Below are positions 34,142 through 44,734 of a DNA stretch of 64,000 nucleotides, piece after piece. Positions within the stretch are counted from its first letter, which is position 1. Every line of letters starts with the position of its first letter. The translations under genes and the position numbers were made by a program. The DNA is from an uncultured Nitrososphaerales archaeon (GTDB lineage Archaea; Thermoproteota; Nitrososphaeria; Nitrososphaerales; Nitrososphaeraceae): the NCBI GenBank assembly GCA_963713605.1, contig CAVQMO010000001.1:448001-512000 (forward strand). Reading direction: 5' to 3'. The notes under the pieces are model-generated. The model saw only the letters and a list, made by a program, of their open reading frames with translations, had not been told where the DNA came from and made no database searches.

Positions 34142-34975
34142 GTGAATGAAGAGCATGTAATATCGGTTGTGAGGCAGGATATTTCAATGAATCTGGTCCA
34201 TATGGATGAATACACTATACGATATTTATCGGGTAATAATTTTAATCCAAAGAGTAAGAGGATACTGGTTCTATTGCATGGAATAGGTGCCTCTGCAGAG
34301 AGGTGGGTACCCGTATTTCCTGGTTTATCAAAGAAGTTTGAGGTAATAATTCCTGATATAGTTGGTTTTGGATATAGCGATAAGCCGACCGTTGAGTATA
34401 CGATGGAGTTCTTTGTCGAATTCCTCGAAAGATTCATGAAGGCCCTTTACATCCAACAGGCCACTTTTATTGGATCATCGTTCGGAGGTTTTCTAGCAAC
34501 AGAATTCACGATGAAATTTCCCAGTCAAGTAAATAAACTAGTTCTCGTTTCTCCCGCAGGGACTATGAAGACGTCGACTCAAACCCTTGATGAATATATA
34601 ATGGCCGCTCTCTATCCCACTTATGAAAACGTTGCAAAAGCCTTTTCACATATGACTTACAATTCGGAAGTCGTACCTGAGTCAACGATACGCGATTTCA
34701 TTAACCGAATGAGACTCCCTAACGCAAAGTATGCATTCATGTCGACCTTGTTAGGGATTAGAGATTCTCCTGACCTTGCTGGCCGATTGTCAAAAATAAA
34801 CGTTCCAACACTATGTATCTGGGGAGAACACGATCAGATGATTCCATTCCAGTATTCGGCCGCCTACGGCGATATCCCAGGATGTACTACTAAAGTTATG
34901 AAGGGCTGCGGACACACTCCACCCATAGAAAATCCTGAGGAGTTTACAAAGATAGTCCTAGATTTTTTACAGTAA
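34142..34975 (+). CDS. Alpha/beta hydrolase
   Basis: LLHGIG oxyanion loop, GSSFGG nucleophile, WGEHD, GCGH. Confidence 0.93.
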   Translation: MNEEHVISVVRQDISMNLVHMDEYTIRYLSGNNFNPKSKRILVLLHGIGASAERWVPVFPGLSKKFEVIIPDIVGFGYSDKPTVEYTMEFFVEFLERFMKALYIQQATFIGSSFGGFLATEFTMKFPSQVNKLVLVSPAGTMKTSTQTLDEYIMAALYPTYENVAKAFSHMTYNSEVVPESTIRDFINRMRLPNAKYAFMSTLLGIRDSPDLAGRLSKINVPTLCIWGEHDQMIPFQYSAAYGDIPGCTTKVMKGCGHTPPIENPEEFTKIVLDFLQ

Positions 34976-35034
34976 GCTCATTGTGAAGCGCTCGGTGATA
35001 ATATTAAATAAATGTACCGAACTGATCTCTATCA

Positions 35035-35331
35035 ATGACTGAAAATGATAGTAACTCTTTCGACTCCTTAAGAAAAGCAGTTGAACAGGGAAATGAAGCC
35101 CAACGGGAATTTATGAAAAAGTTGACTTCGGTCCAGCAGGATGCAATGCTTAATTATATCTCAACTATGCAAAATGCTTTGCATTTTAATGCAATGTTCA
35201 AAACTACCGTTCAGAGCGGAGGAAGGATATCAATCCCCGAGGCTGAAAGGATCGCTCTAAACATTGAGGAAGGCGATCTGGTCCAGGTGATCGTAACACC
35301 CATACTAAGAAGAAAGAAAGGCACGGAGTAA
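35035..35331 (+). CDS. AbrB-domain regulator resembling haloarchaeal PhaR
   Basis: Gln-rich helical N-terminus followed by AMFKTTVQSGGRISIPEAERIALNIEEGDLVQV. Confidence 0.85.
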   Translation: MTENDSNSFDSLRKAVEQGNEAQREFMKKLTSVQQDAMLNYISTMQNALHFNAMFKTTVQSGGRISIPEAERIALNIEEGDLVQVIVTPILRRKKGTE

Positions 35332-35482
35332 GATTGTCAACTGCTATGCCCATAAACTCACATTCGTCTCACCCAGAACGCTTGTATCCCTATCGGCGAT
35401 TTCTTCGACTACAAGTCTCATGTCTTCCACCCCACTTTTGCATTATGCCATCATAGACATTGGGTTCATCGCAAGACACAGA

Positions 35483-36070
35483 CTAACTCTCCATCTTACT
35501 AATAGTTGTATCCAGCTTCTCACTCAAATCCATCACCGATTTACGCAAGTCATGCAGATCTTTTGATATCATGTCCAATTCCTTTCTTGTAGGAAGATTT
35601 AGTATGCCAAGCGCTCTTTGAGACGAGGCCTGGATTTGCTTTAACAAGTCCATCTGTTTGTCCAACAGATCTCGATAAGTTAGCGCAAATTCCTTGGAAT
35701 TAAATAACCTAGTAAACTCTTCTTCAAAGGAATCTATCATTAATTTTCTGTAACCATCTAGATCTTTTTTGGTTTTAATATCTAGTAATGAAGAGGAAGT
35801 CTTCTCATTTATTCTCAAAACCGCATTAATGTAGGCCTGGTTAACCTGCTTCCAATACTGACCAAGAGTAATCTGAGATTTCATTATTGTCTCAGCTAAG
35901 TTGGCAACCTGAGCGTTCTCGTCCTTGACATTACCAAAGAAGGAGAATAGAGGACCTATTGTTGGTAGTTTAAAAATTTCTTCCCAAATTCCCAGCATAC
36001 TTTTGCCGAACTCATCTTTGCCTTCAAGACCGCGCCGTATTTCCTCCCCCACTTGTTCGTCTGACGCCAT
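35483..36070 (-). CDS. phaE: Class III PHA synthase subunit PhaE
   Basis: Helical protein with the C-terminal PhaE motif LNLPTRKELDMISKDLHDLRK. Confidence 0.8.
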   Translation of the reverse strand: MASDEQVGEEIRRGLEGKDEFGKSMLGIWEEIFKLPTIGPLFSFFGNVKDENAQVANLAETIMKSQITLGQYWKQVNQAYINAVLRINEKTSSSLLDIKTKKDLDGYRKLMIDSFEEEFTRLFNSKEFALTYRDLLDKQMDLLKQIQASSQRALGILNLPTRKELDMISKDLHDLRKSVMDLSEKLDTTISKMES

Positions 36071-36233
36071 ACTTATTCTTATTATGGTTTACCCGAATTT
36101 GTAGCTATTGAAATTTAGGGACCGTTCAGGCTTTTTTCATAAACAAAAACTAAGAATTTAATAAGGAATAATCCTTGGAAATTACAAAGCGGAAGAATGC
36201 CACCTTGTACATACTCGAGAGTTCGTTTACGTT

Positions 36234-36323
36234 GGGCTCGTAGACTCAGCTTGGATAGAGCGCCTGCCTTCTAAAGCTAGTGAAGAAAGCCGGAAGTCGA
36301 GGGATCGAAGCCCTCCGGGCCCG
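36234..36323 (+). tRNA. tRNA-Arg(TCT) with a 14-nt canonical intron (36274-36287)
   Basis: GGGCTCG/CGGGCCC; CT-TCT-A|AAGCTAGTGAAGAA|A; BHB helix CTTC/GAAG; an extra A in the D stem is probably an error. Confidence 0.9.
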
Positions 36324-36400
36324 CTATAACTTGAGATACTCTAGAACCTTAGAATGTCTCTTCAATGCATTATAAACAATTTTAAGTAGGCTTCCTACAA

Positions 36401-37081
36401 ATGTTGCTGACCAACTTGGTAACTGAAAGGCATCTGCAAGAATTGATTAAACAAGCTAGGGATGGCTTGGATAAGCGACAATTCACGCAGTCAGCTGAAT
36501 TGACTCTTATTTTGAAGGATATTGATGTTAAAAGGGGTTTTAGTCTAAACGAAGTGGTGAACTTACCCCACAAATCAAATGATGAGTCTGCGATTTGCCT
36601 AATCGGCTCCGGAGACTTAGCAATGAGAGCCAGGAAAATGGGTATTCCAACAATACTAGAACCTCAAGAGCTCGACCGATTGGGAACTAATAAAAGAGAG
36701 GCGAGAAAATTAGTTAGAAAGCATGATTTTTTCTTGTCTGATACTTCCTTAATGGCATCAGTAGGAAGGTCTATCGGACAGTTTCTTGGTCCGAAAGGCA
36801 AGATGCCCACTCCGCTGCCATACGGCGCTCCTCTTGAATCAATTGTCAATCGTTTTCAAGGCTCTATAAGACTGAGAATCAAGAATCAATTGAATGTTTC
36901 TGCTAGAGTTGGAGATGAGAATATGGATGATTCCTCGTTGGCTAACAATGCAATTGCAGTAGTTTCGGCACTTGAAAAGAAACTCCCTCAAGGAGAGAAG
37001 AATATACGTGCCGCCGTCTTTAAATTTACAATGGGTAGGCCGGCAAAGACGGGCGCTTCTAAAGGGGAATCTGCGGGATAG
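36401..37081 (+). CDS. rpl1: 50S ribosomal protein L1
   Basis: FTQSAEL, LGPKGKMPTP, KFTMG. Confidence 0.95.
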   Translation: MLLTNLVTERHLQELIKQARDGLDKRQFTQSAELTLILKDIDVKRGFSLNEVVNLPHKSNDESAICLIGSGDLAMRARKMGIPTILEPQELDRLGTNKREARKLVRKHDFFLSDTSLMASVGRSIGQFLGPKGKMPTPLPYGAPLESIVNRFQGSIRLRIKNQLNVSARVGDENMDDSSLANNAIAVVSALEKKLPQGEKNIRAAVFKFTMGRPAKTGASKGESAG

Positions 37082-37085
37082 TAAC

Positions 37086-37979
37086 ATGGTCGAATCTAGT
37101 ATTATGAAAAGCGGCAGAAGGAGTTACCCTAAGAAGAAGAGGCTTATGTATCAGGAGATGATGAAATTCCCCAAGGAATACAAGGTATTGGCCATCTCAA
37201 ATCTGAATAAAGTTAGGGCAAGTCAATTAATGCAGCTTAGAAAAAAATTTCGTGCCGATATGAAGTTGAGGGTTGTTAAGAACAAAGTAGTACAGAGAGC
37301 ATTTGAAAAGATCGACGATATTCCTCGACTACCCGAATTCAGCAATAGACTGGAAGGCCAATGTTTGCTTCTGTTTACTAATACCAATCCTTTCCGACTT
37401 AATCTCATTTTTGATAAAAGTAAAATATTTCTACCTGCAAAGGGCGGAGATATTGCCCCTACTGAAATCATTGTTCATGCCGGAAACACCGGGATTACTC
37501 CAGGACCAGTCCTTTCAGAGTTCAAAGAAGCCAATGTTCCAACCAAAATTGACCAAGGGAGTATTTGGGTGGTAAAAGATACTCGTGTTGCTAGGCCAGG
37601 TGACCAAATATCTCAGAAATTAGCTTCCCTTTTAAGCAAATTGGATATAAAGCCCATTGAAGCAGGCATCTCAGTAAGTTCTGCTCTTGCAGATGGTCTA
37701 CTCTTTACGGAAGAGGATCTAAAAATTGATCTAGATGCCTTTGTTAAGGAAATGGCAAAAGGAGCCTTCGAGGGCTTAAATTTGGCTATTGTATGCGGTT
37801 ACCTTACCCCAGAAACAGTAAGGCCATTGATACTTCAAGCGGGAGATGAGGCTTTGAATTTATCAGTTTCGGCTGGATACCTAACCAAGGACACTATAAA
37901 ACCAATTCTATTGAATGCTCACGCTCAGTCTCTAAGTGTTTCGAAAATCGTTAAAGAAAAGGGCTACAGCGTAGCCTAG
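37086..37979 (+). CDS. rpl10: 50S ribosomal protein L10 (P0)
   Basis: VVKNKV, AKGGDIAP, GNTGITPGP. Confidence 0.95.
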   Translation: MVESSIMKSGRRSYPKKKRLMYQEMMKFPKEYKVLAISNLNKVRASQLMQLRKKFRADMKLRVVKNKVVQRAFEKIDDIPRLPEFSNRLEGQCLLLFTNTNPFRLNLIFDKSKIFLPAKGGDIAPTEIIVHAGNTGITPGPVLSEFKEANVPTKIDQGSIWVVKDTRVARPGDQISQKLASLLSKLDIKPIEAGISVSSALADGLLFTEEDLKIDLDAFVKEMAKGAFEGLNLAIVCGYLTPETVRPLILQAGDEALNLSVSAGYLTKDTIKPILLNAHAQSLSVSKIVKEKGYSVA

Positions 37980-38058
37980 ATTAATATTATATAGTAATCT
38001 AGGTGAACTCTCTAAAAATTAAAAATTAAAAATTTAAGATTAGGTTAATTCAGTTAGC

Positions 38059-38364
38059 CTATCCAAATAGTGCAGACAGTCCTTCCAATGCTTCTTCCTC
38101 CTTCTTTTCCTCCTTCTTTTCCTCTTCCTTTGATTCCGTAGGTTGAGGCGAGGTCGCAGCCGGTGATGTTACAGGACCAGGCACAGAAACAGGACTGCTC
38201 TTTAGGGCTTCGTCGATATTTACCTCACTCAAGGCGGTAACGAGAGACTTTATTCGCACGTCATCTGGAGTTACTCCGGTAGCCTTTATGACATTCCTTA
38301 CATTATCCTCGTTTATATCCTGTTTCAGTTTGTGTAACAATAAAGCCGCATACATATATTCCAT
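38059..38364 (-). CDS. rpl12: 50S ribosomal protein L12 (P1)
   Basis: MEYMYAALLLH...EEEALEGLSALFG. Confidence 0.97.
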   Translation of the reverse strand: MEYMYAALLLHKLKQDINEDNVRNVIKATGVTPDDVRIKSLVTALSEVNIDEALKSSPVSVPGPVTSPAATSPQPTESKEEEKKEEKKEEEALEGLSALFG

Positions 38365-38412
38365 AGTAGAATTTGGTCTATGCTTGACCATAATATAAAA
38401 CTTTCAATAGCC

Positions 38413-38916
38413 CTATAGAATCCGTGTACTTCTTGCGACCGCATAAACATGTTCCTTCAAGTCTCTTTCGTAAAGAGAGTTCATTTTTTCTAACAGGACA
38501 GTCCTCGCATATTGCCTTTCTTCCTCCGTAGTCGCTCTGAATATACGTGAGAATAAATCTGGAATATTCTCGCGTATCCAGCCATCTAGTACGAAGTATC
38601 TTTTTTCGTTTATCCAAGTAGTCTTAGTATTATCCAAATCAATTTCATCGCTGAAGGCCCCACTTTCCACCCGATCAATGAGCATAAATATACAGTTATT
38701 TGGGTCTGGATCATGAAGTACTTGTGTAGGCCTACCTTCCGCTATTCCCGATTTAACTCTCTCCATCAAACCAATTGGACGGATAAATGAGCCAAGGACT
38801 GATAGCTTTTTCCCGTTAACTTCATGGACTCTACCTATGACTATAATACGGTAGTCATTTTCGTTCTGTGCTGCAAATATATAATCTCCACGCTTTATCC
38901 GCCCACGCCCGAACAA
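38413..38916 (-). CDS. Hypothetical protein
   Basis: 167-aa ORF upstream of rpl12 on the same strand. Confidence 0.7.
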   Translation of the reverse strand: MFGRGRIKRGDYIFAAQNENDYRIIVIGRVHEVNGKKLSVLGSFIRPIGLMERVKSGIAEGRPTQVLHDPDPNNCIFMLIDRVESGAFSDEIDLDNTKTTWINEKRYFVLDGWIRENIPDLFSRIFRATTEEERQYARTVLLEKMNSLYERDLKEHVYAVARSTRIL

Positions 38917-39095
38917 TATCTATACAAAAACATCAGGTGAAATTATAGTTTTTGATCATGACTATTTTGCTGGGGATTAGACAATTAAGAAATTTAACAA
39001 CTTGACCAGGTTTCATTTATCTCCCGTTCTTTAGTATGAAATATTCGAAAAAACTACATTTATTAATCAGATCACCTGCAGTATGATTGTAAAAC

Positions 39096-39566
39096 GTGCA
39101 AAGATTCGACGACTTAGATATGAAGATCTTGACCGAGCTTACACGCGACGCTAGCATTTCGATTCCTCGCCTTAGTAAGAAATTGGACGTAAATGCATCC
39201 GTTTTGTATAGTAGGATTAAGCGTTTGTCCAAACGCGATCTTATTCAGAAATTTACAGTTATAATAAACGAAGGTATGCTAGGTATTAGCGTACGAGCCA
39301 TTGTTGGGATAAACAGAGATCCTAAGCAAAAAGAGAGGATTCATGCAGAGCTTCTAAAAATTCCGGAGATAAGATCAATTTCTGAAGTTACAGGTAGATT
39401 TGATATGGTTGTCACTGTGAACGCCAGAACCTTGGAGGAACTACACAATGTTGTAATAGAGCTGATAGGGAAAATTGAGGGAATTCAGAATACTGAAACC
39501 TTTGTAGAGATGCAGAGAACTGATAAAGACCCCGCCTACGGACTGCAACAACAGATAGTAAGGTAA
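39096..39566 (+). CDS. Lrp/AsnC family transcriptional regulator
   Basis: DDLDMKILTEL HTH; VTGRFD RAM domain. Confidence 0.93.
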   Translation: MQRFDDLDMKILTELTRDASISIPRLSKKLDVNASVLYSRIKRLSKRDLIQKFTVIINEGMLGISVRAIVGINRDPKQKERIHAELLKIPEIRSISEVTGRFDMVVTVNARTLEELHNVVIELIGKIEGIQNTETFVEMQRTDKDPAYGLQQQIVR

Positions 39567-39644
39567 CAATTAGAAATTAGAGGTTCTCGGTTTCTTTTGC
39601 GTTATCTTCAAATATCCGAATCCTATGTCTAATATTGAAAGTAG

Positions 39645-39827
39645 TTGGCCGTAGTACAGCGAAAATTTACTGAGATAATACAGACGCTCAAGTTAGCGAA
39701 GAAGACAAGCAAAGATGACTATGTAACTCATATGCGATTAGTCTTACTTGGTCTAGGGATAGTGGGAGGTATTGCTTTTGTCATCAAGTTAATTGCAGAA
39801 TTTATTACGTTTGGCGGCAGACAATAA
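39645..39827 (+). CDS. secE: Preprotein translocase subunit SecE (Sec61 gamma)
   Basis: LKLAKK...LGLGIVGGIAFVI single TM helix. Confidence 0.85.
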   Translation: MAVVQRKFTEIIQTLKLAKKTSKDDYVTHMRLVLLGLGIVGGIAFVIKLIAEFITFGGRQ

Positions 39828-39991
39828 CCAAATCTGTTTCCTGTAGTGTTAAAAGATGAGTTACGACTGAGGATTGTTCTGCATCATTTCATGACAAGGA
39901 AGAAAGAGCCACTAGTTTAGAGTTTTTTCTGGATTGGAACTACTCCCTCTCGAAGTGTTTTAATCACCCTCTGCCTTTAAGTTGGGTATTA

Positions 39992-41032
39992 TTGCTGAGT
40001 CAGGATATAAGCATTGCAACTATCGGTTCCCACTGTGCATTGCAGTTAATGAAAGGAGCAAAAGATGAAGGCTTCAAAACAGTTCTAGTGTGCAAAAAGG
40101 ACAGAATATCTCTGTACAAGCGATTCAAGTTTATAGATGAAATCTTCGAAATTGAACAGAATTCAGAATCAATATCCCCAGAATGCCAGGAATACCTTAA
40201 GGAAAATAATTGTATTTTGATACCTCACGGATCACTTATAGCATACTCAGATATTGATTATATTGAACAGCTCTCTGTACCTATTTTCGGTAACAAATGG
40301 ATATTGAGATGGGAAGCAGATAGAAATCTAAAACAAGAATTGATGATAAATGCTGGACTAACTACTCCTCAGGCAGTGAAATCGAAGTTTGACATAGATC
40401 GGCTATGTATAGTGAAGTTGCACGGAGCTGCTGGAGGGAGAGGATATTTCTTAGCTTGGAATAGGGAAACCTTTGAAAAAGGGGCTCTTAATCTAATAAA
40501 CCAGAATGTAATCAAAAGTGAGGATGATCTGTATATTCAGGAATATGTAATGGGAGTTCCGGTCTATCTTCATTATTTTTATTCCGCAATTAAAAATGAA
40601 ATAGAATTCCTTGGTGTTGACAGAAGATACGAAACTGATATAGATGGACTGGGAAGAATACCGGCCAGCCATCAATTGGGGATAGGAATTCAGACCTCGT
40701 CGTATAATGTGATTGGAAATTTCCCTCTTGTCCTAAGAGAGTCTCTGCTGGGAAAAGTGTTTTCAATGGGTGAGGACTTTGTGCAAGCCGCCAAGCAGCG
40801 AGTACCTCCAGGAATGATAGGTCCGTTTTGCCTTGAAGGCGTCTGCGATGCGTTAGGGAATTTCGTTACTTTTGAATTCTCTGCGAGGATTGTTGCGGGC
40901 ACCAACCTATATCTGATGGGATCGCCTTATTCTAGCCTCATCTATGATGATCCAATGAGTATGGGCAGAAGGATCGCCTTGGAAATAAAAAATGCTCAGA
41001 AGAATACTGATTTGAAAGTTGTTCTTACATAG
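39992..41032 (+). CDS. purP: PurP family formate--AICAR ligase
   Basis: IGSHCALQ, AAGGRGYF, FEFSARIVAGTN, MSMGRRIA. Confidence 0.93.
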   Translation: MLSQDISIATIGSHCALQLMKGAKDEGFKTVLVCKKDRISLYKRFKFIDEIFEIEQNSESISPECQEYLKENNCILIPHGSLIAYSDIDYIEQLSVPIFGNKWILRWEADRNLKQELMINAGLTTPQAVKSKFDIDRLCIVKLHGAAGGRGYFLAWNRETFEKGALNLINQNVIKSEDDLYIQEYVMGVPVYLHYFYSAIKNEIEFLGVDRRYETDIDGLGRIPASHQLGIGIQTSSYNVIGNFPLVLRESLLGKVFSMGEDFVQAAKQRVPPGMIGPFCLEGVCDALGNFVTFEFSARIVAGTNLYLMGSPYSSLIYDDPMSMGRRIALEIKNAQKNTDLKVVLT

Positions 41033-41086
41033 AATTCATCGTTGGATGATAAATCGGGCCGAAGAAAAAATCAAGAAGTTCCCCAA

Positions 41087-41590
41087 TTATCCACCTGTCA
41101 ACCTAGCGAATTTTCCTTTCCTTTTAGTACTTGAGATAAAGTCTAGATTAGCCAGAGCTATCTTTGCTGATTCACGAACTTCCTGGCTTTCATCAGATAA
41201 TGCCTGCTGAAGCGGATCTCTCCCTTGCTCTGAACCGATCACCCCTACTGCGATAGCAGCTTCGTGCCTAACAAACAAGCTAGGATCTGAATTGATTGAA
41301 TGGGACAATGTAATCAATGCGTCAGTGAAACCCAGTTGTCCCAACGCAAAAGCTGCCTCATGTCTAACCAACGAGTCTTTATCATTTTTTAACGAGTCAC
41401 TTATAGCATTCACGACTCTTCTGCCACCTATTTCAGCAAGTATGCAAACTGCCCTTGTTCTGATTACATTGTCTTCATGATCAAGTAATCGTTTGAAGTA
41501 TTCAATATCTCTATTATCAAAATGCTTCTCCATCTTGCAAAGTAACCCAATACGGGATTTGTCAAATTTAGTATTTTGATTGTTATTCAA
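41087..41590 (-). CDS. HEAT-repeat (PBS lyase/DOHH-like) protein
   Basis: Repeated VRHEAA motifs. Confidence 0.85.
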   Translation of the reverse strand: MNNNQNTKFDKSRIGLLCKMEKHFDNRDIEYFKRLLDHEDNVIRTRAVCILAEIGGRRVVNAISDSLKNDKDSLVRHEAAFALGQLGFTDALITLSHSINSDPSLFVRHEAAIAVGVIGSEQGRDPLQQALSDESQEVRESAKIALANLDFISSTKRKGKFARLTGG

Positions 41591-42062
41591 CTATCTTAAA
41601 GGATTATTTCTCAGTTTCCATATATATTATGGCATAGGGACTAGGTTCAAAGCTAATTCACCTGGAATATAGAAGACTATGTGTTTTAGTTCTTTCCAAT
41701 CTTGTCAACATACAACTAGTCTAAGATCGAAAGTTGAATTATTAGGTCCATTGATTATTAACACTAAATTCTAGAACTATACACGAAGAGTCAGGAAACG
41801 ACCTATTGTAAGAAAAACCTTAACATATTCTCAGTCTGCCCTTTTTTTCCTTCATTGCATTTTTATGATCGAAGTGATGGGCTGCGGTTTAATATGTGTC
41901 AATCTTGAGAGATCTGGGTTTCTTACATTTAATGACACAAATCTCTATATCAGTTATTCAAAAAGAAGAATAAAAGTTAGGTACCTATTTGGTATTTGAC
42001 CTTATGAAGCGACTTTGTAGAAGGCATCACCTTATTATACCGAATAAATAGCAAATTTTAGC

Positions 42063-42525
42063 ATGCGGATTAGGTATTGGAGACTCACAGTAGAAGACAT
42101 GTCTCTGGCGACGTACCCTTTAGAAAGGGCTAACCATTGGGAGATTAAATGCTTGCAAGGAGAGTACAGAACATTTCGGAGTTTTTTGGTTTAGATATGG
42201 CACACCGTATGACAAGGAACCAGTTCATGGACTAGCTATTTACTATAATGATGTTCCGCAGCACAAAGTAGACGAATTGATTGAAATGTTGCACAATAGC
42301 TTCGGTGGAGAAATCTTGCGCCGTCAAAACCGAGTATTCCTCAACGGTTCTAAGGAATTCACAGATCCGCAAGAAATAGCGAAATTGGCTAACGATATTA
42401 GTGAACGATTTAAAGGCCCAGTTGAGATCACTATAGAATTTGAAGAGATATCTGATGACGATAGGCAAGAGAATTTCATTAACCTCCCTACTTCTAAGTT
42501 ATTGGAGATCCCGGGGCTTAGATAA
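42063..42525 (+). CDS. Hypothetical protein (frameshift near 42165)
   Basis: MRIRYWRLT...WEIKC joins FGVFWFRYGTPYDKEP into ORF 42277-42525. Confidence 0.6.
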
Positions 42526-42646
42526 CGAAATGCAGGAATCGTTGTGTCTTAGGCTTCGGACCTTGATTAAGTTCGATCCCTCAAGCTACGATAGTGGTGA
42601 TAAATTTGTTATAGGAAGCATTCATTGGTGATCTTAAGTTTTACAC

Positions 42647-43138
42647 ATGTCCTCTAACATTCAATCTCTTGTTACGGCCTTTCTGGAGAATCAGAGAGTT
42701 AATGAATTCAATGAATGGCGATTGGAAAATTTGATCCTTAAACTCAGCTTAGACGGAACCGATTTATCCAATCTAGATCTTTCAGGCGCTCTTCTGAATG
42801 GGGTATCTTGCATTGGTTGTAATTTTTCTAAGTCGAATTTATGTCGAACCAACCTTGTGCAATCAGCTTTATCCACAGCCAACTTCGAGAAATCTAATCT
42901 GGAATCAGCCTTAATTATGTATTCTGACTTAAGTAGGTGTAACATGTCTCATGCGGATTTAACAGGAACAAACTTGATGTGGTCAAACTTGAGTCGTTCG
43001 GATCTCTCTTATTGTGTTCTAACAAGGACGATACTTGTGGAATCAAATCTCTCACAAGCCAATTTTACGGGTGTGGACATGTCCACCGCATTTCTAAAAT
43101 ATGCCAAAACGGACAATTTGAAGAAAGTGGCAGTTTAG
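42647..43138 (+). CDS. Pentapeptide repeat protein
   Basis: Tandem (S/A/T)(D/N)Lxx repeats. Confidence 0.9.
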   Translation: MSSNIQSLVTAFLENQRVNEFNEWRLENLILKLSLDGTDLSNLDLSGALLNGVSCIGCNFSKSNLCRTNLVQSALSTANFEKSNLESALIMYSDLSRCNMSHADLTGTNLMWSNLSRSDLSYCVLTRTILVESNLSQANFTGVDMSTAFLKYAKTDNLKKVAV

Positions 43139-43648
43139 AATTTGGAGTGATGTCGTTATCCTATCCAGTCCTAAACATGATGTATCAAATGTATAAATAT
43201 ACTATAAGCTTTCTGGTAACGTGGATAGAACGCTTTATCACATGAATTTCAGTAATTAATTTGCAATTCGCAATTAGGTTGTATATCCTCTATATTCCAT
43301 GTTTATACAGGACTGGCATACCATTAGTTATTACTACTATTATGAATGGTCTATGTTTTTCCGTATTGCCATGACCGAGGTAAGAATAAACTCATGTATT
43401 GCACAGTAATTGAATAGCGACAGTAGTTGAACTAATGATTACGATTTTTGAACCTTGGCCAAAATTGAATTGGTTTATGGGAAGAACTTGATATCTTTTT
43501 TTGTCTAAGGATAAAAATGCAGTCTAAGGTGCTACAAAATTGTCACCATAAAGTAGCCTAAAATGTTGTGTTTCGAAAATAGGTCGCCAAAGTGAGAACT
43601 TAAGGCCATGACCTGTTATAACAAACTTAGATTTCGCAACGCCATTTA

Positions 43649-44518
43649 TTAGTGAAAATTTCGCTTGGCGATTCCAAACAACTTGCCTGCTTTAAGGGCA
43701 AGTGCGGTTTCTCTGACGTGGTGAGTCCGCAATATCCTTGCACCGCTGAGCGAGCATTTCAGTTCTGAGATGAGGGCAGGAACTAGCCTATCACCAAGCT
43801 TCAATTTGAAAAGTTCTCCTATAAAGGATTTATTGGAAACTCCAACCGAGATCGGTTTAGAAAGACATTGTAGTTTATTCAGATTCCTTATTATCTGCTG
43901 GTCACGAGCGTACCAAGGCAAACTTGTCACCCTAGTACTAAAGTTATTTGTAACTCCCTTTCTAAAGAAACCAATAGATGGATCCACTATGATCTTGTTC
44001 TCGGCAATTCCAGCATTTTTGGCTAACTCCAGACTTCCACGCAATGCCTTAAGAGTGGAAGATAGGTTTCCAGAAATGCAATCTTTGCTATATGCTCCAA
44101 CTATAATTGGAATTCCATAGCCGGAGATCACATTAGCCATATTCTTGTCAAACTTTAACCCTGTTACATCGTTAACGAGTGAAGCACCTCTCTTTATTGC
44201 TTCCTTGGCGACTTCTGCTCTTGGTGTGTCAACCGATATCGGCAAAGTACAACACCTCTTTACTAGACTAACTGCCCTTGCTACTCGCTTTGTTTCCTCA
44301 TTAATTGAAATGTACGTCTTTAAATAAGGAGCTGTGGATATCCCACCTATGTCAATAATGGTTGCCCCGCTAGCTTCCATACTAATCGCTGTATTTTCAA
44401 TATCATATCTTGACGTTTTTACAGATCCTTTGTAAAATGATTCAGGGCTTACATTAAGTACACCCATTATTCTAGTTGGGGATCTAATATCAATACGTAA
44501 GTTATTAATGACAACCAA
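43649..44518 (-). CDS. folP: Dihydropteroate synthase
   Basis: IMGVLNVSPESF, DIGGIST, ISVDT, SNKSF, LRTH. Confidence 0.92.
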   Translation of the reverse strand: MVVINNLRIDIRSPTRIMGVLNVSPESFYKGSVKTSRYDIENTAISMEASGATIIDIGGISTAPYLKTYISINEETKRVARAVSLVKRCCTLPISVDTPRAEVAKEAIKRGASLVNDVTGLKFDKNMANVISGYGIPIIVGAYSKDCISGNLSSTLKALRGSLELAKNAGIAENKIIVDPSIGFFRKGVTNNFSTRVTSLPWYARDQQIIRNLNKLQCLSKPISVGVSNKSFIGELFKLKLGDRLVPALISELKCSLSGARILRTHHVRETALALKAGKLFGIAKRNFH

Positions 44519-44734
44519 ATTATCATTCCCGAAGAATCATCCGTTTATCCCAAATTTTTCTCTTTACCAGCAGAAAAGTAGAGATACCACCATTTCCCAA
44601 CCTTAATTCCGGAAACTGAGCCTGGATATTTAATCCTATCAAACTTTAGAGGTACTATTTGTAATCGCTATTGTCTTTGAATACTTTTATATGCTTTATC
44701 ACTTCGAACTAGTTCTAGTCGGGGATGATCAAGT

